From the NCBI GenBank assembly GCA_963768055.1, contig CAVYGN010000002.1, positions 1,024,001 to 1,088,000 of the forward strand: a stretch of DNA of 64,000 nucleotides, in the 5' to 3' direction. The notes beneath the pieces were generated by a model that was not told the DNA's origin, did not search any database, and saw nothing but the letters and a program-made list of their open reading frames with translations. Position 1 is the stretch's first letter. Every line of letters begins with the position of its first letter. The stretch is from an uncultured Spirochaetota bacterium. Its GTDB lineage: Bacteria > Spirochaetota > Brevinematia > Brevinematales > JAOACQ01. Positions 52,900 to 62,738 of this stretch are shown here, in pieces. The translations under genes and the position numbers were made by a program.

Positions 52900-53677
52900 G
52901 ATAGCCGACAATCCCGCGTTTTGACGTTTCTACAAAGTGGATCAAATTTTCTATTAATTCATCGCCGGCAAAGGCCTTTTTCATGTTTTCAAGTGCTTCT
53001 CTGCGCGGCTTTCCGGAAAATAGGGTTTTATATGCTTCCTTGATCCTGTTTCTCTGTTCCTGGCCGATGCCTTTTCTTTTTAAACCGACGCTGTTAAGGC
53101 CGCATCCGATCGCCGGATTTCCGTCTGCAATTATGTACGGAGGAATATCCTGGACCACTTTACCCAGCCCTCCGATCAAACTATAAGCTCCGACACGTGT
53201 GTTCTGATGAACGGCGGCATTTCCGCCTAAGATAGCGTCATGCTCGAAAAGGACAAAACCTCCGATAACGCTTCCCTGTACAAGCTGGCAGTTATCGCCG
53301 ACTTTTGCATTATGGCCGACATGTGAATTTCCCATTAAGAACACTGAATTTCCCACCACTGTCTCTTCACCCTGGTCTCCATGGACAGGGGTATGAACAG
53401 TAGCTCCTTCCCTGATAATGCAGTTGTCCCCGATCCTGATCAGGCCGGGCTCTCCGTTATACGAATAATCCTGGGGAGGGCCGCCGATCGCCGTGAAAGG
53501 ATGGATGCTATTGTTCTTTCCGATTTTAACCCACCCGGCGATGGAGGCCGTCGGTCCGATAACGCAGCCGTCGCCAATTTCCACGTCGCCGTCGATTACG
53601 CTATAAGGGCCTATTTTTATATTGTTTCCGAGTTTGACATTTTTCCCGATAAGCGCGGATGGATGGATCAGGTTCAT
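52889..53677 (-). CDS. lpxA: UDP-GlcNAc acyltransferase
   Basis: Hexapeptide repeats, PQD, IRE, HVGHN, VHQ, DIPPY, LNSVGL. Confidence 0.92.
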   Translation of the reverse strand: MNLIHPSALIGKNVKLGNNIKIGPYSVIDGDVEIGDGCVIGPTASIAGWVKIGKNNSIHPFTAIGGPPQDYSYNGEPGLIRIGDNCIIREGATVHTPVHGDQGEETVVGNSVFLMGNSHVGHNAKVGDNCQLVQGSVIGGFVLFEHDAILGGNAAVHQNTRVGAYSLIGGLGKVVQDIPPYIIADGNPAIGCGLNSVGLKRKGIGQEQRNRIKEAYKTLFSGKPRREALENMKKAFAGDELIENLIHFVETSKRGIVGYHGE

Positions 53678-54180
53678 TTCTTCTCCTTTTCAAGTTCCTT
53701 TTTCAGCATTTCCTCGACAAGGCTGAAGCGCTTACGGTTCTCATTGCTCAGTTCCATTAGGTTTTGGTGGGATTCGAGTAAAACCTGGATGTCTTTATAA
53801 TTTTTTTCAAGCCTTTTCTTTATTTCGCTGCTTATTTCAATATTCTTGAAGGTGTTATCCTCCTGGATCGGCATGATATCAAGAAGGCCCATGGTAGAAA
53901 GGATTTCCTTGGTTTTTTCCGAAGGATTAAGAAGAATCAGATTGCCTTTCTGCATTTTTTTAAGTTTCTTCTGGACTGAAACAATAACACCGATAAAAGA
54001 ACTATCAAGATAAGTCGTTTCAGACAGTTCGAAATAGATGTTTTCGGCGCTTTCATTTTCAATCTTTTCGGAAAGAAACTGAAATAACTCAGAACAGTAT
54101 TCCATAGTCCCCTTGCCGATGACTTTGATTATATATCCCGAATTGATTACGCCTATGACTACACGAGAATTTTCCTGCAT
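53674..54180 (-). CDS. STAS-domain anti-sigma factor antagonist
   Basis: YLDSSFIG motif. Confidence 0.85.
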   Translation of the reverse strand: MQENSRVVIGVINSGYIIKVIGKGTMEYCSELFQFLSEKIENESAENIYFELSETTYLDSSFIGVIVSVQKKLKKMQKGNLILLNPSEKTKEILSTMGLLDIMPIQEDNTFKNIEISSEIKKRLEKNYKDIQVLLESHQNLMELSNENRKRFSLVEEMLKKELEKEKK

Positions 54181-54203
54181 TTTAACCCCTTGACGCGGTC
54201 GGT

Positions 54204-54662
54204 TTAAAATTCTTCAGTAATTAGCGGTGAGATCTTCTTGACGCTATTTTCAAATACGGCGTCAATTTCATTTTTAGTGTCGATCTTGGAGAGCCCTGTA
54301 AAAACCATTCCCTCTTCTGCAAGGCATTTTTTGGTCCAGAGTTCTCCGATCAACATCCCGGTAGAAAGTATATCAACACGATCAAGGGCGTAAATATTAC
54401 CTTTGATCTTTCCGCCTATCCTTACCATTCGGGCGTATATATCGCCTATTATCCTGCCCCTTTCTCCAACAAGTACAGTTCCATAACCCTTGATAACGCC
54501 TTTAAAATCGCCATCGATGCGTAACAGGCCGTCCGAACGGAACTCGCCTAAAAAAGCGTTTTCTCTTCCAATAACGCTGTTGGAACCAAGCGTTTTTTCA
54601 ATAACGACTTCACTTTTTACTTCAACTTTAACTTCATTGTTTTTTATTTCAGCAGATTCCAT
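54204..54662 (-). CDS. Bactofilin (CcmA family)
   Basis: SVIG...GLLRIDG.FKG...IGGKIKGNI beta-helix repeats. Confidence 0.88.
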   Translation of the reverse strand: MESAEIKNNEVKVEVKSEVVIEKTLGSNSVIGRENAFLGEFRSDGLLRIDGDFKGVIKGYGTVLVGERGRIIGDIYARMVRIGGKIKGNIYALDRVDILSTGMLIGELWTKKCLAEEGMVFTGLSKIDTKNEIDAVFENSVKKISPLITEEF

Positions 54663-54679
54663 AAAGCCCCCAGGATTTT

Positions 54680-55729
54680 TTAAGGCATCATCATACTTGT
54701 GAACGGAACCGGATCGATTTGATGTTCTGAAATAGAATCACCGACAATGACTTCGAAATGAAGATGAGCGCCATTCACCCTGCCGGTTGCCCCCACGTAT
54801 CCGACTACCTGGCCCTGCTTTACCTTTGCGCCGACATAAATGCCGGGCCCGTAATCCGACATATGCGCATACCGGGTCGAGAAACCGTATTTGTGCCTGA
54901 TCTCAACCTGATTTCCATAACCCCCGAACATTCCTGCGGAAACGACTTCCCCATCCGCCGCTGCCAGGATAGGTGTACCGGGATATGCCCCAAAGTCAAC
55001 ACCCGGATGAAATTCCCTTGCCAGCCAGGGGAAAAACGGGTTGGGCCTGATTCCAAAAGGTGAGGTTATCTGAAACTTGTTCGGGAGGGGATACTTTGAC
55101 GGGATGCTAGTTAAAAGATCTTCCCATCCCTCTATGGCTTTTCCAATCCTCACGACGTTATTTTTTGTAACTTCCAGATCGTTTTTAAGTTTATTAAGGA
55201 TCTTGATCTCCCGGGCCGTGCCGTTGGTCGAATTGTTGTCCGGAATTTCAACATCGTCATAATTATAAACGTTTTTGTCCTTGCCGACCGACTTGATGAT
55301 ATTTGTAATATCGACTTTCAGGGATGTAAAGCGCTTATCGAAACTATCAATCTGCGTTTTAAAGTCTTCAATTTGCCTGCCTTTAAGATCGTCATCGCGG
55401 ATCAGAAAATCATATTGCTTCTGATTATGATTTGTCTGTCCGATCGCTAAAATGGAAGCTCCTATCGTGATTACAAGGAGTACGCTGAAGGAAAAAAGGA
55501 TATAATTCGATATCTGAATATTAACTATTTTTTTTTCAGAATGGGGTACGACCATAATTGTTAATCTCTGAGAACCTCTTTCATTGATCTTATAAAGAAT
55601 CTTAGCAAACCATCTTCTTACATTACTGTAATAAAGGACTATTACTTCCCTGATTTTTACCCAGGTGGATTTTTTATACATTTCGGTTTTTGATTTAAAA
55701 ACAGGACGTTTTTTACTATAATTTGCCAT
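54680..55729 (-). CDS. M23-family metallopeptidase with TM helix and coiled coil
   Basis: HPGVD, YGN, RYAHM, HLHFEV. Confidence 0.9.
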   Translation of the reverse strand: MANYSKKRPVFKSKTEMYKKSTWVKIREVIVLYYSNVRRWFAKILYKINERGSQRLTIMVVPHSEKKIVNIQISNYILFSFSVLLVITIGASILAIGQTNHNQKQYDFLIRDDDLKGRQIEDFKTQIDSFDKRFTSLKVDITNIIKSVGKDKNVYNYDDVEIPDNNSTNGTAREIKILNKLKNDLEVTKNNVVRIGKAIEGWEDLLTSIPSKYPLPNKFQITSPFGIRPNPFFPWLAREFHPGVDFGAYPGTPILAAADGEVVSAGMFGGYGNQVEIRHKYGFSTRYAHMSDYGPGIYVGAKVKQGQVVGYVGATGRVNGAHLHFEVIVGDSISEHQIDPVPFTSMMMP

Positions 55730-55922
55730 TCGCACCCTCCTAATATTTTAATTTGTGCAAGAAATGGCTGAATATTATATATTGAACATATGACTTCTTC
55801 AATATTTTCCGCCAAATTAAAATATTGCCGATTTTGACTCGCAAAATTTTTAAGTATATAATCTTACCTCACTTTATAATAAAGTCAAGTATAATAATAA
55901 AGTCAAGTAAAAATGAGGGCTT

Positions 55923-56681
55923 ATGATTATTGACATTCATTGCCATCTCCAGCATTGCTTTTCCGGCGAAGACCTTTTTGACCGTGAAGTATCCCGGATA
56001 TCGCCGGAAATGCTTTATTTTGTTGATGTATCGACAAATGCGCGAGAATTCTTGAACATGAGGGATAGGACCCTTCCTGCGAACCTCCTTCTATCGTTCG
56101 GATTGTACCCGGAAGAGGCCCCCCTTTATACACCGGAAAAGGGGAGGGAGTTTAAGGCTTTGATCTCGGAAGGCCATGTAAGTGCGATCGGCGAGTCCGG
56201 GATTGACTATCATCGGAATTACGGGTCCCGCAAAGAGCAGGAAGCCCTTTTCAGGGATCAGATCGAGGCGAGCATAGACTGCGATCTTCCGCTGATGGTC
56301 CATACAAGGGACGCTTTCGAAGACACTTACAGGGTGCTGTCGTCATACAGGTTTAACAGGGATGTGATCATACACTGTTTCGGATATGCGGCGGCCGAAG
56401 CGGAAAAATTCCTTTCCAGCGGATATTTCCTGTCTTTCGCCGGGAATGTTACCTACCCCGGGGCAAAAGGTATTAGGGATGCCGCCATGATCGTCCCGGC
56501 GGACAGGCTTCTCCTTGAAACGGATTCGCCTTATCTTGCTCCAGTTCCTCTTCGGGGTAAAGGCAATATTCCCCTTTATGTGAAGCATACCTACAAGTTC
56601 GTTTCAGAATTGAAGAATATCGGACAGGAAGAACTTGAAAACATTATCGAGAAGAACTTCAGAAAAATTTACAGGCTTTAA
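55923..56681 (+). CDS. tatD: TatD-family DNase
   Basis: DIHCH, AIGESGIDY, VHTR, IHCF, ETDSPYLAP. Confidence 0.9.
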   Translation: MIIDIHCHLQHCFSGEDLFDREVSRISPEMLYFVDVSTNAREFLNMRDRTLPANLLLSFGLYPEEAPLYTPEKGREFKALISEGHVSAIGESGIDYHRNYGSRKEQEALFRDQIEASIDCDLPLMVHTRDAFEDTYRVLSSYRFNRDVIIHCFGYAAAEAEKFLSSGYFLSFAGNVTYPGAKGIRDAAMIVPADRLLLETDSPYLAPVPLRGKGNIPLYVKHTYKFVSELKNIGQEELENIIEKNFRKIYRL

Positions 56682-56768
56682 CATTATGGTATTTGACAAT
56701 TATATTGCATTTCTTTAAAATTTCCAGGCTGGCACCTCAAAAAGAACCCTGGTTAAAAGGAGTTCTTT

Positions 56769-58133
56769 ATGTTTTATAAAATCCTTATCACTGCGGCCAT
56801 GTCGTTATGCATCATTTGCCCTGCCGTTTATTCCGAAGAGAGCGGGAAACGGGAAAAGGTCCTTGTTTTGCCTTTCCGCAACGAATCTGATACGAAACAG
56901 TATGTAAATTCCGGAATTTTCCAGGAAATTTTTTCGCGCTCTTTTTACTCTTTTATAAGCCTCCTTCCGGTTATAGAAGTGCCCGACATCGGGAAAACCC
57001 GAGGCTTAACGGCCTCATCCTCGAATATCCGGGATTTCGCCGACAGGGAACAGGCGAGGATAGTCATCTACGGCAGCTACCGTTTTACGGGTACGAAAAC
57101 GAATCCCAGGATCCAGGCCAGGCTTACAGCTTACGATGGTCCGGGCAGGACCAACATTTTCAATAAGACTTACGAAACGTCGACCGGGGCCGAGGTCTTC
57201 GACGATATAGACATGATGATATCCGAGGTCATGAAGGGGGCTCTTGATATCGATGTGAAAAACATCGCCGCCATACGCTTCAAGGATTTCAGGATCGCCG
57301 ACGAAACCTACCTGCTATATGTCAACGGCCGCCTCGTAGCGTCACCGTCAAACACGAACTTTTCTCTTATTCTGAAGATCATGCCCGAAACTAACTACTC
57401 TATCTTATTGAAGCAGAAAACCGGGGAAAGAACCGTCCTAAAGAAAGATGTAAGGCTCGGCCTGAACGGTTCGACCAATATAAGCTATTTCGGGTCCGGG
57501 TCCGTCAGGATAGGCGGTATTTATCTGAAAGACAGGCTGAAATCCTACGCCGTTTTTTTTGACGGAAGGCAATCGGCCGAGAACAGTTATTTAACGAACG
57601 TTTTGACCGATTACACCCACAATGTTTTGCTCGTTGAAAACCTTACAAATACGAATTATTCTACAAATTTCGACCTTTATGACAACCAGGAAGTTTCCTT
57701 AACGCCTGCTGCCGGCCCTTACGGCAGCCTTCATCTCGAACTTCTCACCCTCGATTTCGATATGGCAAGCCTTTTATTGGAGTATTTTCCCTTCGACCGC
57801 TATTTCTTTGTACAGGCAGGTTCGGGTTTCTATACAGTGAATGAATTCAATACTCAATATTATTATATATCCCCCCTCCTGGAAATAGGTTATTACTGGG
57901 TAGGGGATATGGCGTATAATTTCCGGATAGGGACGGGGATTATCGGCCGGGTAAACGTGGCCTATTCCCCGTCTGGCCCGGTCCCGGATGTGATTACCCC
58001 GGCGCTTTTCAACCTGGGCCTGTTCGTAAGCGTCGATTTCTATTTTATAACGGTCAGGCCGGAATGTTATTTTTACTATGAAAACGGAAAGGCGAACTTC
58101 ACGTACGCCGTCGCGGCCGGCATACACTTTTAA
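56769..58133 (+). CDS. Hypothetical secreted or outer-membrane protein
   Basis: Signal peptide, VLVLPFRN (TolB-N/CsgG-like start) and a beta-barrel-like C-terminus ending in Phe. Confidence 0.65.
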   Translation: MFYKILITAAMSLCIICPAVYSEESGKREKVLVLPFRNESDTKQYVNSGIFQEIFSRSFYSFISLLPVIEVPDIGKTRGLTASSSNIRDFADREQARIVIYGSYRFTGTKTNPRIQARLTAYDGPGRTNIFNKTYETSTGAEVFDDIDMMISEVMKGALDIDVKNIAAIRFKDFRIADETYLLYVNGRLVASPSNTNFSLILKIMPETNYSILLKQKTGERTVLKKDVRLGLNGSTNISYFGSGSVRIGGIYLKDRLKSYAVFFDGRQSAENSYLTNVLTDYTHNVLLVENLTNTNYSTNFDLYDNQEVSLTPAAGPYGSLHLELLTLDFDMASLLLEYFPFDRYFFVQAGSGFYTVNEFNTQYYYISPLLEIGYYWVGDMAYNFRIGTGIIGRVNVAYSPSGPVPDVITPALFNLGLFVSVDFYFITVRPECYFYYENGKANFTYAVAAGIHF

Positions 58134-58194
58134 CGATGAACGGAAAGGCGAACTTCACGTACGCCGTCGCGGCCGGCATACACTTTTAACGATG
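58083..58194 (+). repeat. Perfect 56-bp tandem duplication
   Basis: AACGGAAAGGCG...TTTTAACGATG at 58083-58138 and 58139-58194. Confidence 0.95.
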
Positions 58195-58203
58195 AGGGGT
58201 ATT

Positions 58204-59241
58204 ATGTATAAAAGTATATCTGTATTATTTAAAATCGTTCCAATGATCCTGATATTCGTCCTTTATTCATGCGATATGTTCAGCCCCCCGGGTTTATCCG
58301 ACAAGCTGAAAAATTATACCGGTAGTTCCTCGTCGAGCTCTTCGTCTTCTCCATCCTCTCCGCCAGGCTCGACATGGTGGGCCTCCAACCCTATTCCAAG
58401 CGCTCAAAACGACTGGGATTCAGTCGCCTTCGATGGGAACGGCCGTTTTGTAGCGATAGCACGTATGGCGCAAGTAATATATTCAATCGACGGTCAAAAC
58501 TGGACGCTTTCACCCGGTACCCTCACAGGTGGCGATTGGGAATCGATTGCATACGGGAATGGCGTTTTTGTTGCGGTTCCCTGGGGTACAATTCCTGAAT
58601 ATTCAAGCGACGGCGGGATAACCTGGACGCCTTCAACCGGATACTTTATGTATAGTTTCGTTTGGTCGGTGGCCTTCGGGAACGGACGCTTTGTCGTGGT
58701 CGGCAATGCCGCCCCACAGTTAACGTATTATTCAAGCGACGGGAATAGTTGGACGAGTTCAGTAACCCCCCCTGACCCTATTGCATGGGCGCCGGCAACC
58801 TACGGGAACGGGCGTTTTGTCACTGTTAACACTAGCGGTGCTATGGCTGGGCATTCAGTAGACGGGAATACCTGGATTACCGGCAGCACACTCCCGGTCA
58901 GCACCAACTGGAATTCAGTGGCTTATGGGAATGGCGTTTTTGTAGCGGTCGCCGGCCCAAGCTCAATTGCTGCAACTTCGCCAGACGGGATAACCTGGAC
59001 CCAGCAGGCCCTCCCAGGTTGGGACAACTGGTGGTCTGTAACCTATGGTAATGGTGTTTTTGTAGCCGTTGCCGGCGGCTGGAACTATGTCAGTGCAAAC
59101 GCCGCGACATCAACGGACGGGGTACACTGGACACTCAGAGCCCTTCCGTTTTCCGCCCACTGGTATTCTGTTGTTGCCGGGAACGGCATTTTTGTTACGG
59201 TCGCAAGCAACAGTACCATAGCGGCTTTTTCGACAAATTGA
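58204..59241 (+). CDS. Lipoprotein with Ser-rich linker and a probable 7-bladed beta-propeller
   Basis: Lipobox LYSC; seven repeats of about 40 aa, W.S(V/I)A(Y/F)GNG.FVAV, most followed by S.DG..W. Confidence 0.8.
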   Translation: MYKSISVLFKIVPMILIFVLYSCDMFSPPGLSDKLKNYTGSSSSSSSSSPSSPPGSTWWASNPIPSAQNDWDSVAFDGNGRFVAIARMAQVIYSIDGQNWTLSPGTLTGGDWESIAYGNGVFVAVPWGTIPEYSSDGGITWTPSTGYFMYSFVWSVAFGNGRFVVVGNAAPQLTYYSSDGNSWTSSVTPPDPIAWAPATYGNGRFVTVNTSGAMAGHSVDGNTWITGSTLPVSTNWNSVAYGNGVFVAVAGPSSIAATSPDGITWTQQALPGWDNWWSVTYGNGVFVAVAGGWNYVSANAATSTDGVHWTLRALPFSAHWYSVVAGNGIFVTVASNSTIAAFSTN

Positions 59242-59255
59242 CGGCGGGGGGAGGA

Positions 59256-60077
59256 TCAAATTTCGACCTGCAGGCCTTCCCTGGCCAGGATGGTATTGGG
59301 GAAGAAACGCTTCGCCTCTTCCTCGACCTTGAAAATATCATCGTCGCTCTGGTCGGGATCGAAATGGAACAATACAAGCTTATCCACGCCGGCTTCCGAC
59401 GCTACCTTTACAGCCTGTTTCCATGTGCTGTGGCCCCATCCCAGCCTGAAGCCTATGACCTTGTCGGTGTATTGGGAGTCATGGATAAGCATGTCCGCGT
59501 CTTTTGAAATGCTGACGACCCTTTTATCTATAACATCGTGGAAATGTTCAGTGTCGGTGGAATAAACGAGCGATCTTCCGTTATGTTCGATCCTGTATGT
59601 GTAAGCTATAGCGGGGTGAATGTGACGCCTCGCCTCGATTTTAACCCCGTCCATAATCGTGTGAAAGCCTTCGGATAGCTCATGAAATTCGATTTTTGCA
59701 GGGAGATGGCTGAATTTAACCGGGAAATAGTCGTATTCCATCTGCCCCTCGAGGAGGACCTGCAGGTGGCGGTTGGCTTTTTCAGGGCCGTAAATGATGA
59801 TCTTTACATTCGGCATATATATGGGATTAAAAAAAGGGAAACCCTGAATATGGTCCCAATGGGTGTGGCTTAAAAAAATGATGATCTCCGACGTTTTACC
59901 GGATTCTATTTCAGGCACTATAACTTTGCCGAGCCCCCTGATGCCTGTCCCCATATCAAGTATAATTCGCCTTTCACCCAGCATAAGCTCAATACAGGAG
60001 GTGTTCCCCCCTATTTTCATTTTATCTTCTTCGGGCGTCGGTATAGAACCTCTTACACCCCAGAACTTCAATTTCAT
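59256..60077 (-). CDS. MBL-fold metallo-hydrolase
   Basis: FWGVRGSIP, GGNTSC, SHTHWDHIQG, GHS, LFHFDP. Confidence 0.9.
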   Translation of the reverse strand: MKLKFWGVRGSIPTPEEDKMKIGGNTSCIELMLGERRIILDMGTGIRGLGKVIVPEIESGKTSEIIIFLSHTHWDHIQGFPFFNPIYMPNVKIIIYGPEKANRHLQVLLEGQMEYDYFPVKFSHLPAKIEFHELSEGFHTIMDGVKIEARRHIHPAIAYTYRIEHNGRSLVYSTDTEHFHDVIDKRVVSISKDADMLIHDSQYTDKVIGFRLGWGHSTWKQAVKVASEAGVDKLVLFHFDPDQSDDDIFKVEEEAKRFFPNTILAREGLQVEI

Positions 60078-60170
60078 ATAAGCTCCGTATCCGGCTGCGT
60101 TAATTTTCGGCAGTGCAGCGGGCAAAATTAACTTTTGATATCGTATTCAAAGGAACGATGGGGGTATTGA

Positions 60171-61508
60171 TTAAATTACAGTACCGTCGGAAATAATAGC
60201 GTTTTTAATTATTACGACTATGCCGTCGACTATAGCGTAATCATTTTCCTCCTTATTCAGGATTCCGGTCTCATTGACGATCATAACGTTTTTTCCGATG
60301 CGGCAGTTTTTATCCAGGATGGCGTTTTTTATGACGGTGTTTTCCCCGATCCCTATATCGGGGATCTTTTTTTCAAGGTTTGCCGCTTTCGCATCGTCTT
60401 TTTCATAAAAATCCGCACCGATAATAACGCTGTTTTCTATTTTAACCCCTTTTTTAATAATGCTTCTGACCCCGATTATACTGTTTTTAATATTCGATTC
60501 ATCGATCTTTACTCCGTAACTTATTATAGCAGTATCGATTTTAGAATTAAAAATCTTTGAAGGAGGGAGAAAGCGGGGCCGGCTGAAAAACGGATTGGAT
60601 AGCTTGAATAAATCGAACGGTCCGTTATCCTGGGTCAATTCGATATTGGCCTGGTGGAAGCTCTTGATAGTTCCTATATCTTCCCAGTAATCGGCATGGA
60701 CAAACCCGTATACCTCGTATTTATTCTCAATCGAATAGGGTATTACTTCTTTTCCAAAATCGAGCATTTCCGGATGCGTAAGCAGAATGTCGTAAAGAGT
60801 ATCGACATTGAAAAGGTAAATTCCCATCGAACCGAAGAAAGGCCTTCCGGCGCCGCAGATCGAAGCATATTTTTTCGGGACAGCCCAGCTTTTAATATCG
60901 TCCTTGTTTTTCGGTTTTTCAATAAAATTGGTGATCCTGCAGCCCTCGTCAATTTTCAGGATCCCGAACCGCGAGGTATCCTCTTCCGGGACCGGTATTA
61001 TTCCCAGTGTTATCTGCGCCTTGTTTTCTATATGTGCGGCCAAAAGCGTCCTGAAATCCATGTAGTACAGCTGGTCTCCGGAGAGAAGTAGGACGTATTT
61101 TGCGTCCCCTGAATTTCGGAGCCCCCTGAAATGCCTTAAAGCCCGGCGGACCGCGTCGGCGGTGCCCTGGGTAAAACCGCTGGTCGGGCTGTCCTGGGTC
61201 TGTTCGGTGGCGAGAATATCGACAAAGCCGTTATGAAATATGTCGAATTTATAGGTCTGGGTGATATGCCTGTTCAGGGAAGTCGAATTAAACTGGGTCA
61301 TTACAAAAACACGGTTTATACCGGAATTGATGCAGTTAGATATGGGGATATCAATCAGGCGGTAACTCCCCCCGAAAGGCACCGCGGGTTTCGAGCGTTC
61401 TTTTGTCAGCGGATAAAGCCTGGTCCCTTTACCCCCGCCGAGGATCAGTCCCAGCACCTCGTTTATATTGTAATCAATCTTTTCCCGGCTTGCCGGCGCC
61501 CTTTTCAT
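60171..61508 (-). CDS. glgC: Glucose-1-phosphate adenylyltransferase
   Basis: ILGGGKGTRLYPLT, KPAVPFGG, QGTADAV, SGDQLY, YWEDIGT. Confidence 0.96.
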   Translation of the reverse strand: MKRAPASREKIDYNINEVLGLILGGGKGTRLYPLTKERSKPAVPFGGSYRLIDIPISNCINSGINRVFVMTQFNSTSLNRHITQTYKFDIFHNGFVDILATEQTQDSPTSGFTQGTADAVRRALRHFRGLRNSGDAKYVLLLSGDQLYYMDFRTLLAAHIENKAQITLGIIPVPEEDTSRFGILKIDEGCRITNFIEKPKNKDDIKSWAVPKKYASICGAGRPFFGSMGIYLFNVDTLYDILLTHPEMLDFGKEVIPYSIENKYEVYGFVHADYWEDIGTIKSFHQANIELTQDNGPFDLFKLSNPFFSRPRFLPPSKIFNSKIDTAIISYGVKIDESNIKNSIIGVRSIIKKGVKIENSVIIGADFYEKDDAKAANLEKKIPDIGIGENTVIKNAILDKNCRIGKNVMIVNETGILNKEENDYAIVDGIVVIIKNAIISDGTVI

Positions 61509-61642
61509 CAAATCCTCCTGCCGCAATTAACATTATATATAGTAAACTAAAAAAGTCAATTACAAGCGGTAATTCACCGTCAATTGACAATTATAATGAG
61601 ACCTTTTATATTAGGACGCGGGAGACGATAGAGGGGCGGTGT

Positions 61643-62392
61643 ATGCAGTCAGTCCTTGTGCTGCTGGAAAATACCGAGATGAAATCTCTTGAGGAAAAAT
61701 TACTTCTTTTAAATGATTTACAAATCGTTACGGCAGGGGCGCCGGGAACGATTAGCGCATCCCCTGAGCTCTTCCTTGACCTTACATTCGACATATTCAA
61801 TAAGAACATATCCGAGGAATATCTGTACGGCCAATTTTCGCGCATTCATATGTCGCTCGACTCCCTTTATCACAGGGGGGGAGGAGCTCTGAAGGTTATA
61901 AAAAATTACCCTTTCACAACCAATGTAAACAGGTTCCTTCGAATACACCGGATAATCGATTCGTTCGTGTCTTTCCTGGGCGAATTTTACAATGCTAAAA
62001 TTATTTTTATACCTAACATCATATCAAGGCATGGCTTTCAAATTTTATCCAGCCCCCCTATCAAGCTTATCAATGCCCTCAGGCTGGATAAAACGGACCA
62101 GGTAAATGTAAGGGACGCGTCCCGTTTTTATCTGATATATGAAATGGATGCCATTAACGCCGTTTATAACAGGAAAGGGGCCCTTGAAAAAGACCTCGTT
62201 ATCGAGGGCCTTGAGCTTTCCCTCAGGGATATTTACGATAGGGCATGCCGGATAGTGGGCAATACCCCTGTCCACTTCGATCCGGCATATTTCATTAATT
62301 TCGAATATCCGCCCGAAAACTCCGATAATGTCCAATCCCTGAATTACGACCTCGAAGATATGGTTATCGACATTACCAGTTATTTGTTTTAA
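61643..62392 (+). CDS. Hypothetical protein
   Basis: Long ORF; the ATG after GAGGGG avoids overlap with glgC. Confidence 0.6.
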   Translation: MQSVLVLLENTEMKSLEEKLLLLNDLQIVTAGAPGTISASPELFLDLTFDIFNKNISEEYLYGQFSRIHMSLDSLYHRGGGALKVIKNYPFTTNVNRFLRIHRIIDSFVSFLGEFYNAKIIFIPNIISRHGFQILSSPPIKLINALRLDKTDQVNVRDASRFYLIYEMDAINAVYNRKGALEKDLVIEGLELSLRDIYDRACRIVGNTPVHFDPAYFINFEYPPENSDNVQSLNYDLEDMVIDITSYLF

Positions 62393-62408
62393 TTTTAAAA
62401 TGGAATGT

Positions 62409-62678
62409 AACCACAGATTACACGGATTTCACTGATATTTTCTGTGAAATTAGTTTGAATTTTTTGTTGTAATTGTCTAATCATAATATGTAAAAATCAG
62501 GTGAAAATAAATCGATAAATTATTTCATATTCTTTGAGTCCTTTACATTTTTTTCATTTCTTATGATTAAAAGACTTTAAGAACGTAACGACTATAAAAA
62601 ATCTAAATTCTTTAATTATTAATGATTGCACAGATAATTCCAAAATAATAATCTGTGCCATCTGAGAAATCTGTGGTT
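62409..62678. mobile_element. Putative empty or decayed cassette bounded by inverted CACAGAT triple repeats
   Basis: AACCACAGATTACACGGATTTCACTGAT ... AATCTGTGCCATCTGAGAAATCTGTGGTT around AT-rich DNA with no long ORF. Confidence 0.6.
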
Positions 62679-62738
62679 TCGTACCCCGTTTGCCAAGTTT
62701 AAAATGTGAGATTATTATTTATATATAAGGAGGCATAT

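Noticed and set aside
54204..55729. M23 peptidase-bactofilin pairing as a novel system
   Set aside because: A known conserved cell-shape module in helical bacteria
58078..58203. N-terminal extension of the 387-aa ORF
   Set aside because: Created by the 56-bp duplication; the lipoprotein signal begins at ATG 58204
61403..61642. Upstream start of the 329-aa ORF
   Set aside because: Overlaps glgC antisense; ATG 61643 has an RBS
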